Assembly: GCA_951406725.2 (NCBI GenBank)
Contig: OX597823.1
Span: forward strand, 80,414,001 to 80,478,000
DNA from: Octopus vulgaris
Taxonomy: Eukaryota
Direction: 5' to 3'
DNA length: 64,000 bases
This document shows positions 13,601 through 27,574 of the stretch, one piece after another. How positions within the stretch are numbered: position 1 is the first letter of the stretch; each line of letters opens with the position of its first letter. Both the position numbers and the translations under genes were made by a program. Under the pieces are notes generated by a model, which saw only the letters and a program-made list of their open reading frames with translations, was not told the DNA's origin and did no database searches.

Positions 13601-14354
13601 GAGTATGAATGCGTGAGTGAGTTCAGATTTTTTCTGATGTTCTAATGATGATCCCATACATCTAATGATGATCAATGCAAAAAGGGAGCCAACCATCCCC
13701 TGTGATCAAGTATGGTGTCATGTTTTCTCTAATTGTTTTAGGAGCCTATGCGAGCAGACATAGACACGTTCTTGACTCCCTCACCCTTGGACCCTACAGC
13801 ACATCTAGGGGTTTACAGCCAGAAGGAGAGGGAGCTGCACCAGCACTAAGATGGCAGACGAAATACCGCTAAGTATTTTGCCCGACGTGCTAACGTTTCT
13901 GCCAGCTCGCCGCCTTTATGCCAGCTCACCATAGGCACATGTACCCTTAATGTAGTTCTCAAGGAGATTCAGTGTGACATAGGATGTGACAAGGCTGGAC
14001 CTTTGAATTACAGGTACTACTCATTTTGGCCAGCTGAGTGGACAGGAGAAATTTGAAATAAAGTACCTTGCCCCAGGACACAACATACCACCAGGAATTG
14101 AAGTCATGTCTTTACGATCATCAACCAAATACCCTAACCACTAAGTCACACACCTTCAGTCAGTACTCTTCTTGCAGATGAGTTGACAGGAGCAATATAA
14201 AAATGAAGTGTCTTGCTTAAGAACATAATATGCTACCCAGTCCAGGATTTGAACTCATGACATTATAATAGTTAGCCAAACATCCTAATCATTAGGCCAT
14301 GTGCCTTCCAAATGCTTAATGTAAACAATAATGAAAATAAAGGTTGTTACTTAC

Positions 14355-14543
14355 AACAAAGGTTGCTTTGTCTCCAGTTCAATGTGATGCCCTTCAAGAC
14401 ACAGGCTCGTGCATAAGTGGCAAAAGCTGCACATTCACAATCTCTGGGATCTCCATGACGTTGACCACACATGCAGACATCATGTTTGCATTGGTCAACA
14501 AATTTACCAGGGTTCACAGCAAAGTGGCAAGATTTAAAGGATT
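14355..14543 (-). CDS. Exon: C8-2 domain
   Basis: ESFKSCHFAVNPGKFVDQCKHDVCMC...CECAAFATYARACVLKGITLNWRQSNLC. Confidence 0.97.
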
Positions 14544-14787
14544 CTGAAAATAATAAAAAAAATTTAAATTTCATAATTAAAATGAAAATTTCTAACCACA
14601 AAATAAAAAAAAAATTGAAAATATTGAATCAGCAATTTGTTACTATTTCATAATTTAATAAATATTTATTTTTAATTTTACTTTTCAAGATTTCTTCCAA
14701 AGTGCTGGGGTACAGCCTTGAAGACTTTTACATCTAAGGACAAAAGGGGTTTTTACTTGATGGAATATTTCAAGGAAACGTTCGTAC

Positions 14788-15004
14788 CTTCTTTCCACAT
14801 TTTGTTACAGACTTCTGTAGCCAGTTTCTCGTACTGTTTACTTAGAGCACAAGCTCCAAGGTAAATAGTTGAAGGACGACTATTGCAAGCAGTGTTAGTT
14901 TTCCATTCCATAGCAAACTTTGTCACATTAAACTCGTTTTCTCCATTAGGAGTCAAGTTATCATCATTAACATCATTATTGAAATTACCGCACATTCCAG
15001 TAAC
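14788..15004 (-). CDS. Exon: VWD2 C-terminal part (TGMCG)
   Basis: VTGMCGNFNNDVNDDNLTPNG...WKTNTAC...EVCNKMWKE; phase 0-1. Confidence 0.96.
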
Positions 15005-15377
15005 CTACAGCAAGAGAAACGTTTGAAATGATGAAATATCATAGTAAAAGCAGGCAAAAATTAATTAATTCTTTGACAACTTCTTATTCAACCAATTTCT
15101 TATAATCTACTCTCAGGAGCTGCTTCATGTTCTAGATTTTAGTGATAGATTCACCATAGTGCCTAATATGAGCATTTTATTGTTCAACAGCATGGAAAAC
15201 AGATGTTAAATGATGGCGATGATGATGATGATGAAGATGAGTATTCTGGAAACATAAATAACCTACACAAAATTCTGTGTCCAAATCAGAATAACATAAA
15301 GTGACAAGATCAAAACTTTGAATTATGTATAAAAATCCACAGAGAAAGAATTGATCAAGTACTTTATTGAATTACAG

Positions 15378-15722
15378 CGATGTACTTGCATAGCAAGTGA
15401 CCTAATCTGAGATCGTGTGCTGGAACAAAAACAATTGCAGCATGGAAGGTGTTTATAAGCCATTTAAGAAACACACAAAAACCGTTAAACTCACTTCAAC
15501 ATTTAAATTTAATTTGCCAAATATTTTTGTCGCTTTGAGACTGCAACCTTGTTCACCAACAAAATTCCGATGCCACATGGAATTTTGTCAATGAACAGGT
15601 CACGGTCACAAAAGCGATGAAAATATTTTGGCAAATTAAATTTAAATGTTGAAGTGAATCTAATGGCTTTTTTTGTGTGTTTCTTAAATGGCTTATAAAC
15701 ACTTTCCACGCTGCAATTGTTT
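15378..15722. mobile_element. Fold-back element (Penelope-like pseudo-LTR remnant)
   Basis: About 140-bp inverted arms 15429-15568 / 15579-15722 with a 10-bp spacer. Confidence 0.75.
15584..15635 (+). ncRNA. Decayed minimal hammerhead-like motif with C8 (G3:C8 in the other arm)
   Basis: UUUGUCA-AUGAACA-G-GUCAC..GCGAU-GAAA-AUAU-UU^-UGGCAAA; the opposite arm (15513-15563, minus) reads GUGAACA..GUUGC..GCGAC. 7-bp stem I; palindromic AAUAUU stem III. Confidence 0.6.
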
Positions 15723-16795
15723 ATTTATCGACTCCACCAAAAAATGAAAGGTAAAGTTGACCTCAGCTGGATTTGAACTCAGAATGCAGAAAATTAGAAT
15801 GAAAACTAATCATCATCATCATCATCATCATCATCACCATCACCATCATACCACTACCACACCATTATCAACAGCAGTATCAGAGTTAACGTTTTACTTA
15901 TTAAATACCATCTGTTAATTATATTTATGTTATCTAGGTACTGTCAGTTACTCAGAAAATATTAGGTACTACCTGACTATTATTTGCATTGTCATAAAAC
16001 ATTAGATATGACCTGCCAGTTATATACGATGTCATTAGGGTATTTGATACTACCTATCAATTACATGTAATGTCAACTAACTCTAATTAGTTAGGCACTA
16101 ATTAGGCACTAACTCTCAACTGCATATGATGTCATTAAGATATCGGGTTTACATATCACGCCAATTATATATATATAATGTCATTAATATATTAACATAT
16201 TACTAGTCTAATACATAAGGTGCCATTAATATATTAGAATTTATCTGTCGTATAATGTCCAAATAGTTCTTTTATTTAAACTTATATAAAGAATGTAAAA
16301 GAACTTTTAAAATTAGCTGAAAAATTATCAGAAAATTTCATTTTTTTAATTCAATTATTATAACACAAGTAGACAAGAGGAGTATTATTTCTTTACAGAG
16401 CCTCCAAGACTGGTGAGGAAAGAACAGAAGAAACCATGAGTCATGAGTTATATTCAGATCAGAAATATGTTCTGAATTCCTGCAACAGAGAAGGCCCTGC
16501 TAAACACACACAAAGTCCTAGTAGTAATGTTAAGCCTATCTATAGATTATGTTGATCCACCAGTCAAGAACAAGTAGAAGTCATCCAACTGACTTCCACA
16601 TAATTTGTAAATACACACTTTGATTGAATATGGTAAAAGACTATTGGCCCAATTTGTCGCATTCTAGGATCACAAGATTGTGAAGTTGTATGAAAGTACA
16701 AGGTTTTAGATGATCTTAAAGGTACAGAGAGTATATTGTACATATTTTCAACTGTATTTTCCTTTTGCTTGCAAGTTTTCTAAGACATACAAACA

Positions 16796-16846
<51 letters not shown>

Positions 16847-17146
16847 ACATTATATATCATCATCATCATCATCGTTTAACGTCTGTTTTCCATGCTAGCA
16901 TGGGTTGGATGATTTGACTGAGGACTGGCGAACCAGATGGCTGCACCAAGCTCCAATCTTGATCTGGCAGTTTCTACAGCTGGATGCCGTTCCTAACGCC
17001 AACCACTCCGAGAGTATAGTGGGTGGTTTTATGTGCCACCAGCACAAGGGCCAGTCAGGCGGTACTGGCAACGGCCAAATGGGTTTTTTTTTTTACATGC
17101 CACTTGCACACCGGCATAGATGCCAATATATATAAATTTTTATTAC

Positions 17147-17330
17147 CTTTCCTTGATATTTGTTGCTAAGTTTCAAATAAATTCTTGTACGTCCATCCCA
17201 GAGAACATCAAGACCAATGCTGGCAGTCAGTCGAATCAGAATATTGGATACTTTACGAATGACAACATCATCATCTTTGTAAGGTAAACCAATGGACATG
17301 GAATTTACTTCAACTTTGAAACTGCGTAGT
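17147..17330 (-). CDS. Exon: VWD2 middle
   Basis: LRSFKVEVNSMSIGLPYKDDDVVIRKVSNILIRLTASIGLDVLWDGRTRIYLKLSNKYQGK. Confidence 0.96.
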
Positions 17331-18692
17331 CTGAAATTTAAAAAGTGAAAACATATTACAGGTCCTTCAGGAGGATATTGAAGATATCAATAAAAAATAG
17401 TTTCAAATATGACATTTCTCGACAAGATAGATTTATATATAAATTGCTTTCCACTTTTAAAGGTAATGAAATTTTGAGTGGATATACCTATGATTTTTTG
17501 CAGTGAAAGGATTAAGTGAAGTTAACAGTCTTTGTGTGTTTTTGAATGGCTAATGTGTCTTTCACATTGTAATTCTTACAGTTTTCAACAGATGGTTGCA
17601 GATGAAATCACTCGCCAAACATCTCAAAAACCTTAGTGTTGAATACTGATGCAATATTTATCAAATAGTGTATTAATCACACATGTAATTACTGTTTGAT
17701 TTCTTATTTCTAACAAAAAATTGAGCGAGAGTCAAGGACCAAAGCAAAAACTACAGGTTTCCAAACTGGCAACAATCAACTGATTTTGTGAAGAGGTGAT
17801 GTATGTTGTTGTTGTTGTTAAGCCCAAGTCAGTGATAATTAAGTAGACCTTTGATCAAAGATGTTCTAGCCTTGATCACCCTGTCTTTTTTGTATGTCCA
17901 GTATGTCCTTACCTTTTTTGCAATGGTAGTATGTGATCTGAAGATGTGTGATCTGAATTCTATTTCAAGCAGATAAGTAACCACACAAAGGCTTCCCTTG
18001 TCTTCTATGATTATGTATGAGTGTGTGTGTTTATGTTTGGATAAGCACATATCAGAATGTATCTGTACATATACATGCAAGCAAGCATGTGTATGTAAGT
18101 TTGTTTCTAATATGGTATGTTCATATTATTGCTGTATCAAAAATACTCTAAGTACAAAGTATTCAGAAAGTCACTATGCACTGATATATACATACATACA
18201 CACACATACATGTGTGTTTTTGTGTGTGTGTGTATCATCATCATCATCATTTAACACACACACACACACACACACACATTAGTATTAGACTGTGAGAATG
18301 AGTGTTCAACACTGTATTGGTGGATAAATATTCTTTATTTGTGGATTAACAAGGCAGCCAATGGTTTCATGCTATAAAGATCTCCACAATTATTCAAGCA
18401 AACCATTTGGGTAAGTTGCTACTCAATTTTGATGAGAATATGCATATGCGTGTGCATGAGTGTGTGTGTGGGGGTGGGCGTGCATGTATGTATGTACGTA
18501 CGTATATATGTGTATATATGTATGTATATGTAAAGGGAATTTCCAAACACTGTACAATAAAATTAATTTAAATCAAATGATTCAAAACCAAGCCAACTTA
18601 TGTAAATTATATAATTCATTACTAAACATGATAAATTATGCATCATTTATCTATTTATTTTTTCTTGTTTTTCTTCACTTTAAACTACTTAC

Positions 18693-18971
18693 CGAATAAT
18701 TAGGGTATTGTTCTTTGACCCAAATTTAATTGTGACAACTTTGGTGCAGACAGCATCAGTGATTTTATTACAATATTTGTTCTCAATCCAAACTGCGAAA
18801 CTCTCACCACCATCTTTGGCCTGGTACTGAGACAGTACATATTCACATTCTCCTTCAAAGAAGAACTGTCTGCCATCAAAAGTCTGAAAGTGAGGATCAC
18901 CAGACAAGGTACATATTCCTGGACAATCTTTGCTCATGATGCAATTCCAACGACCTCCTTCTGCACAAGTA
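18693..18971 (-). CDS. Exon: end of E1 / VWD2 N-terminal part (GDPH)
   Basis: TCAEGGRWNCIMSKDCPGICTLSGDPHFQTFDGRQFFFEGECEYVLSQ...KNNTLII(R); phase 2-2; joins 30420 across an 11.4-kb intron to give CESCTC. Confidence 0.97.
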
Positions 18972-21460
18972 CTGGAAAAAAAAAGACAAAAAAGAGATGA
19001 TATCGGTGTGTTTAAGTCCCCGTAACTTAGTAGTTGGGCAAAAGAGACTGATAGAATAAGTACTAGGCTTACAAAGAATAAGTCCTGGGGTTGATTTCTT
19101 TGACTAAAAAAAGAAAAAAATGTGGTGCTCCAGCGTGGCCAGAGTCAAATGACTGAATATGAAGTAAAAGAATAAAAGAAGAATAAAAAAGCACAAAATA
19201 TAACTTTCTCATGCAATGAATCGATTTATCAATCAATCAGTTGACTGATTGATCACTTGATGTGTTGTTTTAATAAACAAGACATTTGTTGTTGTTGTTG
19301 TTGCTGTTGCTTTTAGCCCCAAGTTAATCCTGATCTAGCACAGCTTTGATCAAAAGCTTTCCATTAATGGGAAGTGTGTCCCTTTTTTTATTTGTGTGTG
19401 TGTGTGTGTGTACATTGTCACTGAGAGGAGATTACACAATGTTCTTATTGTCGTTTTATAAGTGTGATTTGAGGACAACTTCACTGCTATTTCCAGCAAG
19501 TTGATCAACATTGTAAAGGTTCTTTCACTGCTGCTAAGATCTCTCATTGTGTCGCAGCTCCTTCCATAGGGATAGAGGCTTAGACTGAGGTCTGTCATCA
19601 GCCTGTCATGAGCCCTAGAACTCATAAGGCCAGTTTTAACCCAGTTTCTATGGTCTATAAATGATTAAGATTATAACACGTTCCATCCCCTGAACAGGAC
19701 ACCATTTTGTCACAGGCTTAACTTCCTAGCAATTGCTAGAACTCATTTACAGCAGACTGAACTGAAGTAACATGAAATCAAGTATTTTACTTGAGAACAT
19801 AACACATCACCCATTCTCGGAATTGAAACCACAACCTTGCAATTGTGAGTGTGACACTCTAACCACTAGGCCACGGAATATAGAAGAGCAATGGACTAAA
19901 TATATTCAAAAGTATTCAATTTCATCTCAATACATTCTCAGTTATAGAATAAGTGCAAGATTTCCTTGTCTATCTTAAGAAGCAACAAAAATGGTCAGAG
20001 AAAGAAAGGGCATCCTGCCATAAAACATTATCACAGGAAAGTTGGATAAAATGCTTTACAGTATTTTCTTTATTATTTTTTTTTTTTTGTAGCTTTTTAT
20101 AATCTGAGTTTGCTTGTGACAATACCAGTGCCAGGTTGTACTGGCCCTTGCTTTTTCTTTGGACAACATCAGAAACAGACATAAGAAGAGATATGGTAAA
20201 TGGGCAACTGTTGGTCATCCATAAAAACAACAAAACATTACCCAGGCTTGCTACTTGGAGAAAAACCCTTCAGGCACAGATATATGGTTAACGATGACTG
20301 ATGAAGACTTTAGATATTTAGTTCATCCCTCTATGTTCTGTATTCAAATTCTGTTAATGTTGAGTTTACATTTCATATTCTTAGGATCAATGCTATAATT
20401 ACCACCTCTCCCTCACACATCTATTACTCTTTATCACTCATTCTATCCTCATCTCACATTACCTCACTCTTCACTCTACAATCAAATGGACTTTTAAAAC
20501 ATGTGGTCATGTATACATTTGTATGTGTGAAAACGCTGGGTGTTAGGAAGGGCATCCAGCCATAGAAACCATACCAGAACACAGTGGAGCCTGGTGCCGC
20601 CCCTAGCCTTACTATCTCCAGTCGAACCATCCTACCCATGCCAGCATGGAAAATGGACGTTAAATGGTGATGTTGATGATGATGGTGATGATGATGGTAA
20701 ATGTTGGGTATGAGGGTGGAAATTAACTCCTTATATATTTTGAGAGAAACACCAATGAGTGGAAAAGCCAATCTTTATACCTAAGGTGTACCTGACCACA
20801 TGGCTAACATAAAGCCTTGGTCTCATTGCCTTGAACAGAGACACCATAGAGCAGTGATGACTATTAAGCTTGGCAGTCACAAAGTAACCTCAATGGTGCT
20901 GGTGCCACGATACACTGCACCTAGAATACACTCACTCTGTACAGTGGCAGCTGGTGTTAGGGTAGGCATCCAGCTGTGTAAATGATGCCTATATGGAAAG
21001 AAGATTTTAAAATGATGATATATAAATATATATATATATACACACACACACACAATCACATAGGTGCATATTCATATGCATATGTCAGTGAGCATGCTTG
21101 TGTGTATGTGTATTTATGTATGTACAAATATCTAAATATTGTTTTGGATTTTACTTAAAGAACAATACAGACCTTTGTTCCAACCCAATATGTGTGTGTA
21201 TGTATGTGTGTGTTTGTGTGTATTAACAGCAGTATTTTTATACTTTTCTACAAACATTTTTCTCTCACATTTCTGTTCATTAGATTTTAGACTTCCTACT
21301 AATTTGAATCTATACAATTCAATCAAAGCTCCTTATGTAAGTATTCTCATTACATCTGAAAATAACATCTTATATGTAATATAAATTCTGTTTTTGTTTC
21401 AAATGAACATTTCTGGAAATCAAATTAATTGTAAGAAAAAACTATAATAAATATTTGTAA

Positions 21461-22026
21461 GGCGTAGGAGTGGCTTTGTGGGAAGTAGGCATAGGAGTGA
21501 CTGTGTAGTAAGTAGCTTGCTTACCAACCACATGGTGCCAGGTTCAGTCCCACTGCGTGGCACTTTGAGCAAGTGTCTTCTACTATATATTTCTTTATTG
21601 CCCACATGGGGATAAACATAGAGGGGACAAACAAGGACAGACAAGGAGATTAAGTCGATTATATCAACCCCAGTGATTGACTGGTACTTATTTAATCGAC
21701 CCCGAAAGGATGAAAGGCAAAATCAATCTTCTACTATAGCTTCAGGCCGACCAAAACCTTGTGAGTGGATTTGGTTGACGGAAACTGAAAGAAGCCCGTC
21801 GTGTATATGTATATATATATGTATGTGTAGGTATATGTTTGGCCCTCAACATCGCTTTACAACTGATGCTGGTGTGTTTACGTCCCCGTAACTTAGCGGT
21901 TCGGCAAAAGAGACTGATAGAATAAGTACTTGGTTTACAAAGAATAAGTCCTAGGGTCGATTTGCTCGACTAAAGGTGGTGCTCCAGCATGGCCACAGTC
22001 AAATGACTGAAACAAGTAAAAGAGTA
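21461..22026 (+). mobile_element. SINE A interrupted by a 5'-truncated SINE B (21588-21726, minus)
   Basis: 12-bp duplication TCTTCTACTATA at 21576-21587 and 21727-21738. Confidence 0.9.
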
Positions 22027-22414
22027 ATATTTAATGTTAGTACGGAGTTTAATATCTGAAGATTTTGAATATTGCCTGTGTTTCCTTGGAACTATGACTG
22101 CAATAATTCTATTTGTATTCCAGAGTTTCAATACCCTTGATCTTGCATTAGAAATACAGATTCCACATTTAATTGCAAATTAGGGTTATTAATATGCCTA
22201 GGACAATCACTTGGAGAGATGAGAGAAAGAATGGTCAATTATTGAACAGAATCTCAAACAGCACATAATCAATATTGATCTTACCAGTCTTGGAAACATG
22301 CAAACATAGGGACTAACCTACCCTAGACTGCCAAAAGAATAAAATATGGAGCAAAACTATGAAGGATATGGTTAATAGTCCATTAATATTTCAACTGGTC
22401 CCTTTTTAAGTTTA

Positions 22415-22803
22415 CTAGCAGTATCACCTGGCATTGCTCGGGTTAGTTTCGGCCCTTTAGAATTGGAATTTTTGAAAAGTAAAAATTTTACATTACGTAG
22501 CTTGTTATTCTCTTAAAGTGAACTTTTTCTGGTTGAAATACACCGAAAAATGGTGACACAGCAGTCAAAAAATCATAAAAAATAGGGATTTTCATAGAAA
22601 AAAAGCACCTTTTTGATGTTAATAATTTTTGGTCTTAACGTGGTCCGATTTGAATTTTTTCTCCTATGGAAGGAAGAGCAAACCTTTTTCTATCATACTC
22701 TCAATTTTGGCCAACTTGCACTGCAGGGTCTTGGAGGAGATAGTGTTAGTTGAAGGCTACCAAACCCGCCATACACAGACAACTTCAGCTTTATATATAG
22801 AGA
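22415..22803 (-). mobile_element. Non-autonomous Helitron, full length
   Basis: 5' TC(TCTATATATAAAGCTG), 3' hairpin CCCGAGCAATGCCAGG and CTAG, inserted at A^T with no TSD. Confidence 0.85.
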
Positions 22804-23703
22804 TTTGTGGAGACAATAGTAAAATAACAATCCATTCTGATATAGGTAGAAGGCCTGAAATTTTGGGGGCAGGAGCTAGTCAATTATATCAACTCCAGTA
22901 CTCAATGAGCACTTATTTCATCAACTCTGAAAGGATTGGTGAAAAGCAAAATCAGCTTCTGCAGAATTTCAACACATGACATGAAGAATCCTACTGAGTA
23001 TTTAGTGGAGGCACATGGCCTAGTGGTTAGAGAAGTGGACTCGATGTCGAGGGATCGTGGGTTCAAATCTCAGACCGGGCGATGTGTGTGTTTATGAGCA
23101 AAACACCTAATCTCCACGCGGCTCCAGCAGAAGGTAGTGGCGAGCTTCTGCTGACTCTTTCACCACAACTTTCTCTCACTCTTTCCTCCTGCATCTTGCA
23201 GCTCACCTGCGACAGACCAGCATCCCAAGTGGGATATATTATCTAGTTTAGATATAGGTGAAGGTTGGTGATGGGAAGAGCATCTGGCCACAGTAAAATC
23301 AGCCTTAAAAAATCCTGTTTACCTTCTCCAAGCATGCAAAACTAGTGAAATAATGGTGAGATGATGATCATGATATGTGTGTGCATGCACACATGAATGT
23401 ATATATTTATATACATACACACACGCATGCATGCACACACACATATATACATATACATACACACACACACATATATATATATATATGTGTGTGTGTGTCT
23501 TATCAAGTGTCATACGTAAAACTCTTGGACCTCGAGTCACTTTGTAATTTGTGCTGATTAAAATAAAACATTTCTACTCATGTTTGAGTGCTATCTTTCC
23601 TGTTTAAATCACCAAACCTAAGACTTGTTGGGTATCAACAATACTATTAAACCCATATTGCCATATAAAAATAACAGATAAACAACCCATATAATATCTT
23701 TAA

Positions 23704-24563
23704 CTCTTTAGTATTTAACCTTTTCGATACCAACCCAGCTGAAACCGGCTCTGGCTCTGTAGTACAAATGTCTTGTTTTCATAAGTCTTGAATTAAAATC
23801 TTCCACCAAACCTTAGTCAAAATTTATGTTCCTAACACTAGATGAATGATAATTAAGTTATTTTACTAAATTCTTTGTTATATTTAAAGTAATTGAAAGA
23901 AACACAGAGCATCTCAAAATAAATACAGTAATGAAAGGGTTAATCCAACCATATCTGGAGTCAAATGTTTTATTTTATGTTCAAACCAGCTACATCTGGC
24001 CTCTTAGACCTACTCTACAATGTCATTTTAAAAATAAACAATTACATCATCAAAATCTCAAAACTATGAGATATGCAAGATTAATTCATCACAATGTGAA
24101 TAAATAAGCATTTCATTTTGCACCAAAAGCCAATATGAGAGTTTCTCTCGTGGTATCTACCACAGTATAGTTTGTTCCAACAGGACATCCACATTTAAGT
24201 GGGTATAAATCACCGTGATCACTTTGACTGACCAGGCTATCAGATGTTGCTACACATCGCTGGTCACAATGCGCTTCGCATTGCTTTAGCCTTTAAATGA
24301 CGCCACCCCGCTGGCTTGAGAGCAGGCCAACAGAAGAAAGAGTGAGAGAAAGTTGTGGCAAAAGAGTACAGCAGGGATCGCCACCACCACCTGCCGGAGC
24401 CTTGTGGAGCTTTAGGTGTTTTCGCTCAATAAACTCACAACGCCTGGTCTGGGAATTGAAACCAAAATCCTACAACCGCAAGTCCGCTGCTCTAACCACT
24501 GGGCCATTGCGCCTCCACAAGTAGGTATAAATATTACCTCAAAGTAATCTAAATGCTAAAGGA
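23704..24563. mobile_element. Nested cluster: TTAA MITE containing a second TTAA MITE (23719-23939) and a tRNA-SINE (24211-24518)
   Basis: Outer termini match the uninterrupted copy at about 45808-46023; inner MITE flanked by TTAA; SINE flanked by AAGT(G/A)GGTATAAAT. Confidence 0.75.
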
Positions 24564-25095
24564 TTAACATGGATATGGACATTAGTATTTAGTACCAATG
24601 GAATAAATTCTCACCCCTTCTGCCAATCCTTATCAACTCAGGCTGCTACAACTTCATTTAACCTTAAGTATGTTTAATATATTTGAACTTAATCATAATA
24701 TAAAAATAGATAATAGATCAAATTTATTGCTTTATAATATTCACGATGATAATATAATTAAGCCTAAGAAATCTACATAAATAACTTCAAAGTAATAATA
24801 GTAGTCTATGCAAATGTATAAACTCTGAATTTCATCTTCTTCAGCATATGTTAGCCTATCGTTGTAAACATTAATTTAATAATGATATCGAATTGAATAA
24901 TAAAATTGATTATAATATTAAATTACTATCCTTTTAAAATCTTGAAATGGATTATATATTATTTGGGAGAGACAAAAACAACAATATATGTGTTTTTGTG
25001 ATGTGGATATGTATGTGGTGAAGTGTGTATTGGAGTATATGTGGAGAATATTTTGAGCAAAATACATTACAATACACATTTATATAGTTGTGATA

Positions 25096-25516
25096 CTTGT
25101 GCCGGCAGCATGTAAAAAGTACCATCTGAAAGTGGCCAATGCCAGCGCCGCCTTGACTGGCTTCTGTGCCGGTGGCACATGACCTTCTGTGCTTGAGGAG
25201 ACCTATTGAGTCAAGTACATCAACATCAAAATAAATATCAAATGGAAATTGTAGTGGTGATACCTGTGCTGGTGGCACGTAAAAAGCACCATCCAAATGT
25301 GGCCGATGCCAGCCTCCCCTGGCACCTGTGCCGGTGGCACATAAAAAGCACCAACTACACTCACGGAGTGATTGGCTTTAGGAAGGGCATCCAGCTGTAG
25401 AAACACTGCCAGATCAGACTGGAGCCTGGTGCAGCCTCCTGGCTTCCCAGACCCTGGTCGAACTGTCCAACCTGTACTAGCACGAAAACAGACGTTAAAC
25501 AATGATGATGACGATG
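25096..25516 (+). mobile_element. Repeat family C (retroposon 3' end with (GAT)n tail)
   Basis: GTGGCACGTAAAAAGCACC sub-repeats, AGGAAGGGCATCCAGCTGTAGAAA, GACGTTAAAC(GAT)n. Other copies near 7815, 8310, 16856, 20540, 31255, 33970, 38600, 40845, 43480, 51460, 54385. Confidence 0.75.
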
Positions 25517-27383
25517 ATTTCATTTCTAACATCCTTCTTTATATGCTTGCTGTTTAATGAAATACCAGTTTCGAATTTTGGCACAAGGCCAGCAAGTTTG
25601 GTAGAAGGTCCTATCAATTACATTGACCCAAGTATTTATTCTATTAACTCCAAAAGGATAAAAGACAAAGATGACCTATGCAGAATTTGAACACAGAACA
25701 TAAAGATAGATGAAATATCACTAAGCAATTTGCCCAGCACGCTAACAATTCTGCCAGCTTGCTGCTGTCTTGTTGTTTAATGAAATGTTCAGACATTGTA
25801 TTTTTTTCTTTAATGAAATTCTTATTTTCTCTATATTCTTTTTTGATTACTATTATCTATAGTACCCCTGAGGGGTACGAGCAGGCAAAGCCATTAACAT
25901 GCCAGACAAAATGTTTAGCGGCATTTTGTCTGTCTTTACAGTCTGAGTTCAAATTCCACCAAAGCCAACTTTGCCTTTCATCTTTTTGGAGGGTCAATGA
26001 AACAAGTACCACTTTAGCACTGGAGTTGATGTAATCAACCAGACCCCTCTCACAAAAAGTTTCAGCCCTTTTACTTATAGTAGAAAGGATTATCTAAAGC
26101 ATCCCTAAGGTAGCAAACTGGCAGAGTTGTTAGAGCGCTGCATTATTTCTTCTGACTCATTACATCCTGAATTCAAATTCTGCTGAGGTTGACTTTGCCT
26201 TTTGGCCTTTTCAGGTCAATAAAATAAGCACTAGTTGAGCACTGCAATCCATGTGATCAACAAACTCCCTCTACCTAAAACTGCTGGTCTTATGCCAAAA
26301 TTTGAAACCATTACTCTTTTACTTGTTTCAGTCATTTGACAGTGGCCATGCTGGAGCACCGCCTTTAGTCAAGCAAATCGACCCCAGGACTTATTCTTTG
26401 TAAGCCTAGTACTTATTCTATCGGTCTCTTTTGCCAAACCGCTAAGTTATAGGGATGTAAACAAACAAACTTATACATACACACACACACACACACATAT
26501 ATATATACATATATACATATATACGACAGGCTTCTTTCAGTTCTGTCTACCAAATCCACTCACAAGGCTTTGGTCGGCTCGAGGCTATAGTAGAAGACAC
26601 TTGCCCATGGTGCCATGCAGTGGGACTGAACCCAGAACCATGTGGCTGGTAAGCAAGCTATTAACCACACAGCCACTCCTGTGCCTGATTGTAAATTTTC
26701 TTGATATATATTTTTTCTCTAACTTCTCAAGATCTCTTCCTCTTTCTTTTCCATGAAGTACAATCTGTCAACATCTGCTTGTGAACGTAAATTTTCTTGC
26801 CTTTTTTCTCTAACTTCTCAATATCTTCCTTTGTCTATTTGATTATTCCAGCACTGCACCTGATGGTGAATATCGTCCCTGAGTTTATGGCAGTGATGGT
26901 ATTTATGTGACTGAGTTTGAATTTTGATATCTTCATTGCCCTTCAGAAATATTCTCTCTTGTTTTTCATTCTTCTACTCTTTATATCATCAGCTTCCTGG
27001 ATCCATTGATATTTTGATCTATTAACCATCATCATCATTATCGTGTCCGTATCATTATTGTGTTTAATTACTTGGTTATGAATGCAATAATTACTATTGA
27101 TATTTATAATCAAATAATTAAAAATTAACAAAGTGATTACAATAATAACTGTACATGTTTAATTATCAGCAGAAATTAATATTTTAAAATGCAATAATTT
27201 TTTCGTTTTCCAATGCTGACACATACATGGTACTGTGATTAAAAAGATTGTTTTGCAACCATGTGCAATACCTCAGACAAGTGTTTTCCGTTGTGGCCCC
27301 AAACAAACCAGTGTCATGTTCATGAATTTGGCCAAAAGAATCTTTGTAGAAGTCATTGTGTGTATATATATATATATTTCCAT

Positions 27384-27418
27384 ATTTCTGACAAAGAACT
27401 CCACTCGAAATGTTAAAT
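27384..27418 (+). ncRNA. Decayed minimal hammerhead relic
   Basis: AUUU-CUGACAAA-GAA(CUCCA)CUC-GAAA-UG-UU-AAAU; core changes fit CpG decay of CUGACGAA...GAAACGUU. Similar relic at 43062-43088 (minus). Confidence 0.45.
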
Positions 27419-27512
27419 CCTCATTCTTTCTTTCCTTTCCTGAGCGTCCAATAACACTATACTTATTCCACATCCTCGCGTTGTTGTGTTTTCTCTTTGT
27501 TCACATTTGGAG

Positions 27513-27568
<56 letters not shown>

Positions 27569-27574
<6 letters not shown>

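Noticed and set aside
12855-13696. Long Cys/Val- and His/Thr-rich ORFs (up to 243 aa)
   Set aside because: Translations of a (GT)n-derived array, open in many frames on both strands.
25096-25360. Regularly spaced GTGGCACGTAAAAAGCACC motifs resembling a CRISPR array
   Set aside because: Internal sub-repeats of a dispersed eukaryotic retroposon; spacers are mutually related; no cas genes.
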